Below are positions 8,910 through 20,466 of a stretch of 64,000 bases of DNA, one piece after another. The stretch's first letter is position 1, and each line of letters begins with the position of its first letter. Below the pieces are notes generated by a model, which saw nothing but the letters and a program-made list of their open reading frames with translations, was not told the DNA's origin and searched no databases. Origin of the DNA: Cyanidioschyzon merolae (Eukaryota); NCBI GenBank assembly GCA_000091205.1, contig AP006487.2; one strand, 5' to 3'. Position numbers and translations under genes: made by a program.

Positions 8910-11687
8910 ATGTCCTACTACGACAGCACTTCAGGACAACATCAAGCGAATATACAAGGAAGGCAGTATCCCTCAGGGGGTTCGACTTTTACGGCGAGGC
9001 CGGCTTCTGGACGCCTTGCCAACTTTAAGACAAACTGGTTATCGTCGGGGAGTGGGCGCTTCCCGTTTTCTTCCGAGAGTCAAAACTCGACAGAAGGCGC
9101 GCAGTCGTCGAACTATCGCGGATATTCCCCTGACCAAACAGGGAGGATGCAGGCGGCGCCGGCGACTGGGTCGCGTTCCTGGTCCGGGCCCGTGAACGGC
9201 GCTGGGGGCAGCGGGGACGGCCTGCGGACTCCAGTTCGCGGCTATGGTAGCTACGGAGGCGCTGCTGCGGGTGCAGGTCCTTTTGGTGCTGCTTACACGA
9301 ATCCGTACGAGTCAACGTCGACGATAGCGTTTACGGGCCAGCCGCAGAGCGAGATGCACCTCATGATCGATGAAGCGACGCGTCCGGACTTGCCGCTTGA
9401 GCCGCCGTACCCGCAGTTTGACCCTATCATCGGACAAGTGCTGACGATGGTGCGTGGCGGAGAAATCACGGCGCGTGCTGTGAAAGACCGTCTGAAAGTG
9501 AAGAACGAGCGCACGCTGCTTCTGACGCTGGCGTTGCTCCAACGACTGATGGAGGAATGTCCAAACTTTTATATGCATATAGCAAACAAGCGTTTCTTTC
9601 GCCGAATGTGGCGGCTAGTTGTTCCCGACTACAAAAACTCTATGCGCGAGCGCTTCTACGCTACGTTCGATAAGGAAGCCCTCCAGCGCAAATACGCCAC
9701 TGGGGAGATCGACAAGCCAATCTACTACCCGGCGGTGGCCATGAAAGTGATGCAGCTGATCGAAGCCTGGGGCGAAGAATTTGAGCGTTTCCGCCCTTAC
9801 GATAGCAAGGGGCAGTTCTTTGTGAAGCGTTGGCGCAACAAGTCGCGCAAATACTCTTTCCCGCCTATGCCCGCACTTGAGGTGCCGGCTGTGTATCGGC
9901 CGGGCACATCAGAGCGTGCCATCGAACTCCGTCGTCAGCGTGAGTCTGGACAGAACCCGACCACGCCTGACTCTTTCTCAGGAAGCAGTCCTAGCACAAT
10001 GAAAGCGCGAGCTTCTGGCGCGGCGGCAGGCTCGGCAGCGCGGAACCCAACTAGACCGCGCTACGAGCTGCGGGATATCAGTGAAGCCGCTGATCTTGCC
10101 GCTGCGCTCATGGACTCCGCACCGGACGCCGGTACCGTCGCCAATGATGAGGACATAGCATCGCTGATCACGACCTGCAAGGCAATGCTTCGAGAGATGG
10201 AAAACATGGTGGCAAGCATGGATTCGGAAAAGAGTGTGGTAGAGGCGATTGCTGTGAATGAAAAATTGCTCCTGGTCATCAACCGGTTCGAAGATATTTG
10301 CTTGATGGATCCGAAAACAGTCCTGAATCGAGAAGCGGCTCGAGAGGCTTCCCGTACGAACAAGAAGCCAGCAACAGTGGATGCCGCAACCGAGGCCACG
10401 GATGTGGGCGCCATGCAGTCGCGCACTGGAGGTAAGCGCAAGACGGCTGGGTCGAGCGACGAGGAAGATTCGGACGGCTCCAGTGAGAGTGAAGACGCAG
10501 CAGGCGACGACGACGGCGTCGAGGATGATGAGCGCGTTCCAGCAAGCAACTCGAGTGGAGCGGGCCGGCGTGCGCGCGGCACAGGCGGCGCAGCAGCAGC
10601 AGCAGCAGCAGCGACGGCAACGGCGGCGGCGGCGGCGGAATCGAGCAGGTTTACAAAATCCAGCGCAGCGACAAAGGAGGACACACTGCTCTGGCTGAAT
10701 TCAGACGACGAGGATGACGAGGACGAGGCATTTGAGAAAGAGCGCTCGAGTGCGATTTCCGGACAGGGACGCGGCAGCGGAGCCTCTAGCTCCAGGAAGC
10801 ACAAACAGCCGGCGTTGCAGCCGCAACCAGTGCACAGCAGTCAAGCGAGCCGTACCCGAGCCGACACGGCGGCTACAGCGGCAGCGCAGCCGCCAGCGTA
10901 CTACATCGAGTCACCGCCCAGTACACAGTACGGATCTTACGCTTCGGCATCTTCCGCTGCGCAGAATGCCTACGGTGTGCCGCCCGGCTATCCGTACATG
11001 CACCCGGCGTATTACAACCAGGGGTATCCATACGCTGGTGCTGCCTGGAACCCGTACGGCTATCCGTATGCGGCGGCTTATGGGTACGGAGGCGCGGCGC
11101 CCCAGATGGGCAACGTTCCCAGTGGCCAAGCGCCACCCGGTGCGTCCATGATGTATGGCATGCCGTACGGCGCCTATCCTGGTGGAAATGCGTATGCGAT
11201 GTACGCGGCGGGAGATGCCGCGAACATGCCCGGAACCGCTTCAACGTCAGCGGCTCGGAACCCCTTTGAGTCCGATGGTGGCAATGAAGACGCGCAACAG
11301 GCTGCCGGGGCGTGGTCGAACGAAACCACGCGTCTGCCAGCAGTGGGTCACACGGCGCTGTTGTCGCTGACGGCGGCGGAGCCGTCAGCGTCGCATTCGG
11401 CCGACATGCCGGTACCGGCTGCAGCGGCTGCGGTGCCGCCACCAGTTGTGACGAGCCGTGGTGCGCTTGCTTTACAATCGCAATCGCGCACGTCACCGCG
11501 CGATTCGGGGCTGTTTGACGAGTTGTGGCAGGAAAAGGTATCGAGAACGGAGCAGGAATCGACGGCTCGAGCAGAGACACAAACCGGAGACGCGTCAGCA
11601 GCCCCGGATGGGCAGGGAGGCGTTGGTGCGAGCGCCACTGCGATCGCGCTGGACGGCAAAGTAAGTGAGAAAAATCCGTTTGAATGA
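8910..11687 (+). CDS. VHS-GAT domain adaptor protein (TOM1/GGA-like) with a long low-complexity tail (acidic, poly-Ala, Tyr/Gly/Pro-rich) and two NPF motifs
   Basis: After the first in-frame ATG at 8910 (MSYYDS), the region ...ITARAVKDRLKVKNERTLLLTLALLQRLMEECPNFYMHIANKRFF...KVMQLIEAWGEEFERF fits a VHS domain. ...DIASLITTCKAMLREMENMVASMDSEKSVVEAIAVNEKLLLVINRFEDI fits a GAT domain. NPFE motifs occur near the C-terminus, including the last 4 residues. The ORF track start 8463 lies in GC-rich upstream sequence without an ATG. Confidence 0.6.
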   Translation: MSYYDSTSGQHQANIQGRQYPSGGSTFTARPASGRLANFKTNWLSSGSGRFPFSSESQNSTEGAQSSNYRGYSPDQTGRMQAAPATGSRSWSGPVNGAGGSGDGLRTPVRGYGSYGGAAAGAGPFGAAYTNPYESTSTIAFTGQPQSEMHLMIDEATRPDLPLEPPYPQFDPIIGQVLTMVRGGEITARAVKDRLKVKNERTLLLTLALLQRLMEECPNFYMHIANKRFFRRMWRLVVPDYKNSMRERFYATFDKEALQRKYATGEIDKPIYYPAVAMKVMQLIEAWGEEFERFRPYDSKGQFFVKRWRNKSRKYSFPPMPALEVPAVYRPGTSERAIELRRQRESGQNPTTPDSFSGSSPSTMKARASGAAAGSAARNPTRPRYELRDISEAADLAAALMDSAPDAGTVANDEDIASLITTCKAMLREMENMVASMDSEKSVVEAIAVNEKLLLVINRFEDICLMDPKTVLNREAAREASRTNKKPATVDAATEATDVGAMQSRTGGKRKTAGSSDEEDSDGSSESEDAAGDDDGVEDDERVPASNSSGAGRRARGTGGAAAAAAAATATAAAAAESSRFTKSSAATKEDTLLWLNSDDEDDEDEAFEKERSSAISGQGRGSGASSSRKHKQPALQPQPVHSSQASRTRADTAATAAAQPPAYYIESPPSTQYGSYASASSAAQNAYGVPPGYPYMHPAYYNQGYPYAGAAWNPYGYPYAAAYGYGGAAPQMGNVPSGQAPPGASMMYGMPYGAYPGGNAYAMYAAGDAANMPGTASTSAARNPFESDGGNEDAQQAAGAWSNETTRLPAVGHTALLSLTAAEPSASHSADMPVPAAAAAVPPPVVTSRGALALQSQSRTSPRDSGLFDELWQEKVSRTEQESTARAETQTGDASAAPDGQGGVGASATAIALDGKVSEKNPFE

Positions 11688-14600
11688 CGCCCACGCGATA
11701 AGTTGTTCTGCAAACTGAGCATCACAACCCAAGACGGAGGAGAATTCTAAACCGTACCGATTTCCGACGGGCTCTGCACGCAACGCAACGCAACGCATCA
11801 CGTCATGAGTATGCGGCATCGCCTCATACGTCGGACGCGTTGTGCACGACTTCCCGATCGATGTTCAAGTGGTATTCGCTGTCGCGAGTGCATTCGGCCA
11901 CTGCCGTGGGTACTCAGACCGATCGATATGCTTTTCTGCAAGCGTCGCTGCTACCGCAGCCATCCTGGCTAGTCGCTCACGAGACACCGCGACGGCATTA
12001 GCGAACGTCCGCAACGCCGGCGTCCAGTGTTCAGGGGTTGTATGCCAAGCGTGTGCCGGCACCAGCGGTATTCCCGAGATGACTGCTTATCGTAGCACTA
12101 TGCAGATCTATCGACTTGAGCGTGGTCAACTCCGCGTCTAGCGTACGCGCTCTTCCACGCACTGCACAAAACGCACCCAAGCATTTCATGCTCGTGAAGC
12201 AGCGCTTCCTATAGCATCAGGTGACGCTGGTGTATGTGAGCAGCCCTGCACGCTGCGCATGGCATGGCAAAGGCGCGTGGCACGCACACGGGACACGTAG
12301 GTTGTGATGCGTGTCTTTCGGCGACACGCACGCACGCACGCATCCGGCGATGCATGAATGATGAGCGTGCCTGCGCAATCGGCGTTAGACAGGCAATTGG
12401 GCGCAGCTCGTGTCGTGTACGGCATCATGGACGAGAGCGAGGTGTTTTCCCTGTATTGGGCGTGTTTACTATCAAGGTGAACGTTTATACACACAGAGGA
12501 GAATCGCTGGTTTGGTGCTGTAGGCGCCTATGCTATGGTTTGTGCTGCTGTTTGAAGCGCGCGGCTCGTTCGCAGCGCAGTTTCTCGGGGTTCGCGCAAC
12601 GGTGCACCCTGCGTCTAGGCGTTGACTAGAGCGTCGAGGTTCCTCAGCGCATCGCTTCGCGTCGTCGCGGCAATTCGTTCAGCCGCGCGACACGCTGGTT
12701 CCCAAGGACTGACAGCGAGTCGCGACCCCGCAAACGGTCGACGACGCCTCAAGTCGACGCTCGTGGCGTCACTGCAAAGCTTTCCTGACTCTGTGGGGTA
12801 ACCGCAGCGGCAGCGCACCTGACAGAGCAGCAAGCATTTTTGGGGTATGCTCCGCATCCAGAGGTTCGCTGGATCGATTCGGCCTAATTTGCTTCCAGAA
12901 ACACCACAAGGGGACCGGGCCACGCAGAAGCGTATCTGGAGCAATCAGGGCCTCTTCCCTGGTATTTCGTTCAGTTGGCGCTTGCGGGACCTCTGGTTAC
13001 AGAACATCACTCGTACATCGTTAGAATACTGCGTGCACCTCGGGGGCTCTGAGTAAGATTTCCCTGTTCTGCTTGAAAGAAATCAAAATCTTGCGCAGCA
13101 TCCTGGGGCCATTCGCTGTCGCCCCGCCCCGTGTCGCATGATGGATGCATTATCCACGATACTGGATCATGGTACATCGATATCGTTCGCCATTTGACCT
13201 GGAAAATCTTTCCTGGTGTATATTCACAGCGCTTCAGCGTCGCAGCGTTACTGGAACGTATCGTATGAGTGCCGTGTCCCCGGTGGATTCCAATGCCCTT
13301 TCGCATGACCATTGCATGTTTCTATCGCAAGTCTTCCGCATTTCAGCAAAACGACCAAACTCCGTGGGAAACGAATCGCCCGAAAGCTCGCTCCTTATCA
13401 AGCTGCTGGACGCTCCGGAAGCATGACACGATTCCATAGGCTGATAGAGACATTCCAGTCTCGGTGCGGAGAGCGCGTGGGTTCATGGTCGCTTGTAGAG
13501 TCACACCATGGCACGCTTGTCACCCTCGATTGCCTGGTCAACTGACGTTCGCTTATCTTACAGTGAACCGTCTCATGCAAGCGGCTTTGTTGCATTCCGT
13601 TTTTATATACCTGTTTCAGCGGTAACACATGCACCCGGTGCCTGTATGTCATCTCGAACGCCTCGTTGAGAAGCATCCAGGATCGATATCTCGATCTCTC
13701 GTTTCACGCTCGTGTCGAACGAGCACGAGTGCAGCCCCTAAGCGCTAAAGCACACCCAGCACCATAGGCTACGAGCATCGAGCAACGCTCCGTGTCTGTC
13801 ATTTGCTTCCCCAACACATTGAAGTTGGCGAATGAGCGCGCCTTGCTTGTATACGACAGAGATCATTGGCAATGCCTGCACAATCCCGGATCAACCTGCC
13901 AACTGTCGCCCGCACGAGCGATTTGGACGCTGATCCACGGTGAAAATGAAGCACAGAGTGCATCCGCCGCTTTTCGGTGCGGTGCTCAGAGCGTCGACAT
14001 GGGTCCTGACGCCGTCCCTCTACTGTTCGATATACCTCTCGACGCCTATCATGATCGACGCTTGCAATCACCTGGCCCCGGAAAAGTCGACCAGTGCCAT
14101 CTAATTTCCATTCAGGCAACTGGCTCATCCCCTTTTGCTAGAGAGGTGCGTCGACGGTCATGACGCCCATCAATCCGGGATCCACGTCCACCGCGAAGTC
14201 GTTCTCATTGTCGGCCTGGGACCGTAGAAAAACGAGTCTCATTGCTTGACGCAGGCCTCGATTTAACAAAGTGCATGGAGACAGATATTCCGTTGACCTC
14301 CAATGTCTGGGTAAACTTTATTCCATTCCATCTCTGTGAACACAGAACCATCGGCGAGAACCGCCACTGCTCTTCGAGAGGTCGTTCGAATGCTTCGAAG
14401 GTGCGCGCGAGTGCCACCCGTAGATCACTGACGTGGTCATATAGTACACACGTTCCAACTGTAATAGAATAGGCCATGATGTGACACGTGCAAACCACAA
14501 TGAATAGACGCTTGAGAAGGCCGGGGCGCTCTGATGCGGGCAGCGAGCCTTGTTTGCGCTGGACGGCGCCGTCCAGGAGCACGAAGAAACGCAAGATGCG

Positions 14601-16255
14601 AGGAAAGCAGCCATCACCTCCCAACACTGCGTCAGATACGATGTTCTTCGGTCCGAGGCAGAGAGAAACGACATGAGCTCGAGTGATTTCAAGCGGCGCT
14701 CGCTCTCGTTGCCATGCCTCTTCCGAGCTCGCTACCGTTTCGATCTCTTCCGGCAATTGGTCGTCATTTTGCCACCATCGACATCAGATGACTACCCTCC
14801 ATCAGTCCCAGATTTTCTGGTTCAGTAAGGTGAACCTACAACGCTCATGAGGAGTGCCTCACGAGGCGCTCGATATTGACCAGCGTATAATTTGATTTTT
14901 GCTTGATAAAATGTCGGTATCGGTGCTGTAGATACCCCGATCGCGGACGCGTCGAGGTATGCAGAGAAGCGTGTGTCTGCGAATCTCTGACCCTACGAGC
15001 AGGCCGTACTTCATCTTCTGTTCAGAGCATTATTTGCGTCTCGGCATGAGGGTTTGATCTATAGACCTATGTACGAGAGGAAAAGGGACAGCGGGAAGCC
15101 CTGCGTCTGGATAACGTATGAACAGCTGCATGACGATGTGTGAGAAGGCGAGAGAGGCTAAGCGCGACGTCGTCGAAAAGTCACATGATTCCTGATGCCG
15201 TTCTGCATTCAACGGTTCTCTGAATGCGAACGACTCATCTATGGATCCGTGAGCATAGAGAAAGCGTTTGAAAACATACAAGAATCGGCCGTCTGGATGG
15301 AACCAGGGATATTCAGCTGGCACAAAGAGCAGATCAACGCATGTATCTGCTGCGTACTACTTGATCGCTTACGAGCCAGGAAGAACGACGGTTTCTCTGA
15401 GCAGGACATAGGTGCGTGAGACGGAGGAGCATGAATTCCTCCGACGAAGGATGAGGTGTTGAACGATTCTTCCCGTTTGTCGATAGTTAGGCGAACACAT
15501 GATTGAATCGCTTCTAGAGCTGATCCTGTTGTCGTTTTCGCATGTCTTCTCGTTACGAACACCCGTCGCTCCTGTCGTAAGTGTTAGCGTTTCCGTATGG
15601 AAACGTTCGTTTGCTGTTCAACGCGCAGCGCTCTCGAATAGAGGCGTGCTTTTCTTCCACGCGCACTCGCGTCGCTGCATCAGAGGTCACTTCAGCGGTC
15701 CGAAACCCTCGTACCCGACGGTTTCTTTGGTAATATTCGTAGAGAAGATATGAACTGGAATGGGTTGAGATGGAACCCCGGGTATAGCTTTAGGTAGATA
15801 AGTTCTGTTTAGGGTGCACGCTGCCCAGGTGAACGACAACGACAAAGGGGGTTCATCCACCTGCCTTCCATACGATGACTGACTAGTAGCGCTAAGCTCG
15901 GTATTCGCTAGCTATCAGTGACAGCACACAGTCTCCCCGCAACAGATCCCCTATCTGCCGAATTCATTGCTTTTGCTGGAGAGCTGTGAGAAAAGCACAC
16001 GGAAATCAGTACGGTGCCGTGGTACCAGAATCGCAGACTGTACTATTCGTTCTAAATATGTACATCATAGACATAGCCCGTCGAACCGTTCTGATTTTCA
16101 AATCCCTCGGCGCGGGCGGCCACGAAACACGCCAGTGCGTTGAGGCGGCGATACAGCGCCTCTTCGCGCAGTCTCGCCTTTCCACGGGTGCCGGTGGTCT
16201 GTTCGCGAAAACCTTCAGTTTGCAGCCGATTTCTAAAATTTAGGCTTCTGAACGA

Positions 16256-19200
16256 ATGAGCACCGAAAAAAGCGATAGCTTTTCTGCTCAGGACGAAGGG
16301 ACGCACCCCACAGAGTCGCCCTGTGAGGAGACAAAGAAGCAGCGCCTCGTCATTCGTTACATCAAGCTGGAAAACTTCAAGTCATACGGAGGTCACGTCT
16401 GTATCGGTCCCCTGCATCGACAGTTCAACGCTACCGTCGGTCCCAATGGAAGCGGGAAATCCAACGTCATCGACGCTATCTTGTTCGTGTTCGGGAAGCG
16501 TGCGAAGCAAATGCGCTCCAACCGCGTAAGCGAGCTGATCCACCGCTCCGAGGCCTACCCGGATGCGGCTAGCGCGACCGTCACCATAGAGTTCGTTCAG
16601 ATCATTGATAAAGAGTACGCGAGTGAAAACGAACCAGATGAGGTGGTTCCCGGAAGCGGCTTCACCGTCACGCGAACAGCGGCGCGCAACAACACTTCTG
16701 CGTACTTGTTGAATGATGAGAGCATCACCTACACGGAGCTCCAACAGTTTCTTCGCAGCAAGGGCATCGATTTGGACAACAATCGTTTTCTCATTCTTCA
16801 AGGGGAGGTCGAGCAAATATCCCTTATGAAGCCGAAGGCTGTGAACCCGCACGATACGGGTCTCTTGGAGTACCTCGAAGACATCATCGGGTCGAACAAG
16901 CTGGTTGCACCCATTGAGGAGGCCATTCAAGAGCTCGAAACACTCACCGAAGAACGCACCGTACGCTTGAATCGCCTGAAGGCTGTCGATAAGGAGCGCG
17001 AAGCGCTCGAGGAAGCCAAGTTTGAAGCAGAGCAGTATCTCGTGTTGGAGCACGACATCTATGAGAAACGGCTGCAACTGCATGAACTTGACGCCAAAAA
17101 GCTAGAAGAGGCGAAGGCCGCTGACGAGGCGCAGTATAATCTTGCTAAGAAGCAGCTCGAGACGGAGCGCGACGAGTTCTCAGCGGCGGAAAAAGCTGTG
17201 CAGCATCTGGTCGAGCGACGGGATCAGACGAAACAGGCGCACACCGAGGTGGCGAAAGCTTTTGAGGCGGCTAAGGAGGCGTTTGCTGAGCTCGAGCGCC
17301 GCGACGTGCGTGTTCGCGAAGACTTCAAGCATTTAGCTGAGCGCGAGAAGAAGGCTGCCACCAACATTCGCAACGAAGAGCGTCGGCATGCGGAGCTGGA
17401 ACAGGCCCAACGGGCGTCTCGGGCTCGGCTGGGTGAGCTCCAGCAGGAACAGCCCAAACTAGAAACGGAGCTTGCGAACGCGGAGGCGGCCTTGCAACGC
17501 GTCTATGATTCCCTCCGAACCGAAACGACTGATTTACGGTCAGATATGGAGCGCAAACAGACGGAATTGCTACCTCTCCGCGAAAAAGCGGATGCTGCAC
17601 ACCAGCGACTCTCCGTAGCCCAGCAGCGCTTACAGTTGCTGGTCGCAAAGCAGGCTGCGCCCGAGCAGGACCGCGTAGACACGGAAAAGCTCATTCAGAC
17701 GCTGGAAAAGGAGCTCAGCGAGCTTGGTTCGCGCATTGCAAGCGAAATTGAACCCACAGCTGACGCGAAAACACGAGCACTTCGCGATGCACAAGTTCGG
17801 CTCGAAAACGCGCGGAAAGCTGAGGAAGAAGCTCGACAGCAGCTCAGTCGTCTCCGACGCCAGAACGAGGAAGCAAATGCGTCGCATGCCGCCAGCAGCG
17901 GTCGAAACCGAATGCTCGAGGCGCTGTGGAAAGCGTCACAGCGAGGCAGTATTCGTGGGTTCATTGGCCGTCTCGGTGACCTGGGCACTGTTCCGGACGC
18001 ATTTGTCGCTGCGTTAGAGGCCGCCGCTGGGTCAGCTCTCGATCATCTGGTCGTCGAGAACGTCGACGATGCCCAGGCGTGCATTGAAATGCTCCGTGAA
18101 AACAAGATGGGGCGCGCTACCTTCATTATCTTGGAGAAAATTCGTTACCTGCAGTCACAAATCGAGCAGAGCAAGTTTCCTGCTCCGGAGGGTGTCCCAC
18201 GCCTATTCGACTTGCTGGACATCTCGAACGCCGCCGGCCGGCTGCCGTTCTATTTCGTGCTCAGAAACACGTTGGTTGCTCGAGATCTGGAGCAAGCGAC
18301 ACGAATCGCGTTCCAGCCAACTCGGCGGAACAGGGTCGTCACTTTGTCGGGTCAGCTGATTGAAACATCCGGAACAATGTGCGGCGGCGGCGGCGGCGGC
18401 AGCAGCAGCAGCAGCGCAGCCTCGGGGCGTGGCACTTCGCGTTCAAACGTGAAGCAGTCGCGGACATGTGGTGGAAATGCCATTCAGGCGGCACCTCCGT
18501 CGGCAGAGGCGCTCGCGAAAGCGGAGGAATGCGCTGCAAAGGCCCTGGAAACGCTCACGGCTTGCGAACGCGAGCGAGATAGCCTTCTCGAACAGGCGCG
18601 GTCGGCGAATCAGGAATTAGAGCGCGCCCGCCTGGAGAAATCCTGTCTCGAACAGAGACTCCAGGATGCTAAGAATCGAATGAAATCCTTGAATACGCGG
18701 AGCAGTCAAGCTGTACTCGAGGTGGATGAGGCACGTGAGCTCGTTGAGCTGCAGGCAAGCATACCGCATCTTGAGCGTGAATGCGCGGAGCATGACGCCG
18801 CTGCCAGTGCGCTTGAAGCGCTCATTCGTGAACAGCAGGAGCGCATTTTGGCTATCGGCGGCGAGCGGTTGGTCCAGTCCCGCGATGCAGTCAAGAAACT
18901 GCAAGATGCGCTGCAGGCTATCGCAGACGAGATACGCAAGCTTGAAATCGCCCTTGAGTCGAATGAGAAAACGCTGGAGAAATCTTCCGAGGCAATTCGA
19001 CGTGCTCATCTAGAGCGACAAAAACTCGAAGAGCAACGTCAGCAGCGGGATGCGGAGCTGTGCGAACTCGAGCAACAAGCAGCGACTGTTTTGCAAGCGC
19101 AGCAAGAGCACGAGGCGCAAAAGAAAGCGCTGCAAAAGGATCTCCAGGAAATAGAGGCGGAGCTCACGAAGCATCAGCATGCGCTGCAGGGCTGGCGTCG

Positions 19201-20410
19201 CCACGAGCTTGACCTAACGAATCGCCTCGAGAAGCTTGCTAGGGAGCTCCAAGCGCTACAGTCGCAGATTCAGGAGCATCGCAGCCAGGCGGACGCGGCT
19301 CGCAAGTCCATGCTGGAGCTTGAGGAAAGCATGCCCCTGTTGTTTGTTCGAGATTCTGCCAGCAACGACGACAACGATGACGACGATGACAACGACGACG
19401 ACGACGATGATGATGATGATGATCATCGTAATGATGATGATGACCAGGGCGATGCAACCCGCAACGGCGAGCCGCGCATCACGGACGCTAGCTCAGAGTC
19501 TGGCACAGCAGAGAAGCAGACGCAGCGACGAGGGCGTCGAGGTCGGAGAAACGCTGGCTCGTCTGCGGCTAGCGCTGAGGCATCCATCGACCCCGCCGAG
19601 CGATTGCGTCTGGAAATTGCCGCTCTGGAGCGGAGCCTCGCGGAGCTGAAACCCAACCTCAGCGCTATTGAAGAGTACCAGAAGAAAGAGGACGAGTACC
19701 GCTCGCGAATGGCTGAGCTCGATGCCCTCACGGAGCGTCGAGACGCACGGCGGCGCGATCTTGATGACCTCCGAAAAAGGCGACTGGAGAGCTTCATGGC
19801 TGGCTTCGCCATCATCGCCACAAAGCTGAAGGAAATGTATCAAATGATCACCCTCGGGGGAGACGCCGAGCTGGAGCTTATCGACTCGCTGGATCCGTTT
19901 TCCGAGGGGATCGCGTTCACGGTACGACCGCCCAAAAAGACTTGGAAAAACATCGCCAACCTCTCCGGAGGCGAGAAGACGCTCTCCAGCCTAGCGCTGG
20001 TCTTTGCCCTGCATCACTACAAACCAACCCCTTTCTACGTCATGGATGAAATTGATGCTGCCCTGGACTTTAAGAACGTCAGTATTGTTGCACATTACAT
20101 TCGGGAACGTGCCCGTGACGCCCAGTTCTTCATCATATCACTGCGAAACGACATGTTCGAACTAGCCAGCCGTCTCGTGGGCATTTACAAGATTCATCAT
20201 ACAAGTTACAGTGTCGCGCTGGATCCAGGCGCTGTTGCCCTCAAGTCGGCCGGCGCCGCGGATGCCCCCGTCGACAAAGAGAACCAGCCCGTTGCATTCG
20301 TGGCGGATGCTGCGGCACCAGCTGCGGCCGTTGAGCGCAAGTCGGCGCTGGCTCTGTCGCAACGCTCCGTGGACGGTATAGAGACCCGAATGGATGTCGC
20401 ATTCACATAG
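16256..20410 (+). CDS. SMC4: Structural maintenance of chromosomes protein 4 (condensin SMC4), single exon, with poly-Gly/Ser and poly-Asp insertions
   Basis: N-terminal Walker A region NFKSYGGHVCIGPLHRQFNATVGPNGSGKSNVIDAILFVFGKRAKQMRSNRVSELIH. Hinge GFIGRLGDLGTV...MGRATFIILEKI. C-terminal signature LSGGEKTLSSLALVFALHHYKPTPFYVMDEIDAALDFKNVSIVAHYI...FIIISLRNDMFELASRLVGIYK. ATG at 16256. Confidence 0.9.
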   Translation: MSTEKSDSFSAQDEGTHPTESPCEETKKQRLVIRYIKLENFKSYGGHVCIGPLHRQFNATVGPNGSGKSNVIDAILFVFGKRAKQMRSNRVSELIHRSEAYPDAASATVTIEFVQIIDKEYASENEPDEVVPGSGFTVTRTAARNNTSAYLLNDESITYTELQQFLRSKGIDLDNNRFLILQGEVEQISLMKPKAVNPHDTGLLEYLEDIIGSNKLVAPIEEAIQELETLTEERTVRLNRLKAVDKEREALEEAKFEAEQYLVLEHDIYEKRLQLHELDAKKLEEAKAADEAQYNLAKKQLETERDEFSAAEKAVQHLVERRDQTKQAHTEVAKAFEAAKEAFAELERRDVRVREDFKHLAEREKKAATNIRNEERRHAELEQAQRASRARLGELQQEQPKLETELANAEAALQRVYDSLRTETTDLRSDMERKQTELLPLREKADAAHQRLSVAQQRLQLLVAKQAAPEQDRVDTEKLIQTLEKELSELGSRIASEIEPTADAKTRALRDAQVRLENARKAEEEARQQLSRLRRQNEEANASHAASSGRNRMLEALWKASQRGSIRGFIGRLGDLGTVPDAFVAALEAAAGSALDHLVVENVDDAQACIEMLRENKMGRATFIILEKIRYLQSQIEQSKFPAPEGVPRLFDLLDISNAAGRLPFYFVLRNTLVARDLEQATRIAFQPTRRNRVVTLSGQLIETSGTMCGGGGGGSSSSSAASGRGTSRSNVKQSRTCGGNAIQAAPPSAEALAKAEECAAKALETLTACERERDSLLEQARSANQELERARLEKSCLEQRLQDAKNRMKSLNTRSSQAVLEVDEARELVELQASIPHLERECAEHDAAASALEALIREQQERILAIGGERLVQSRDAVKKLQDALQAIADEIRKLEIALESNEKTLEKSSEAIRRAHLERQKLEEQRQQRDAELCELEQQAATVLQAQQEHEAQKKALQKDLQEIEAELTKHQHALQGWRRHELDLTNRLEKLARELQALQSQIQEHRSQADAARKSMLELEESMPLLFVRDSASNDDNDDDDDNDDDDDDDDDDHRNDDDDQGDATRNGEPRITDASSESGTAEKQTQRRGRRGRRNAGSSAASAEASIDPAERLRLEIAALERSLAELKPNLSAIEEYQKKEDEYRSRMAELDALTERRDARRRDLDDLRKRRLESFMAGFAIIATKLKEMYQMITLGGDAELELIDSLDPFSEGIAFTVRPPKKTWKNIANLSGGEKTLSSLALVFALHHYKPTPFYVMDEIDAALDFKNVSIVAHYIRERARDAQFFIISLRNDMFELASRLVGIYKIHHTSYSVALDPGAVALKSAGAADAPVDKENQPVAFVADAAAPAAAVERKSALALSQRSVDGIETRMDVAFT

Positions 20411-20466
20411 TGGAAGCACTACGCTGCGTGACCTTGACGAGAAGCCGGCGCACTCTCGGTCGGCTG

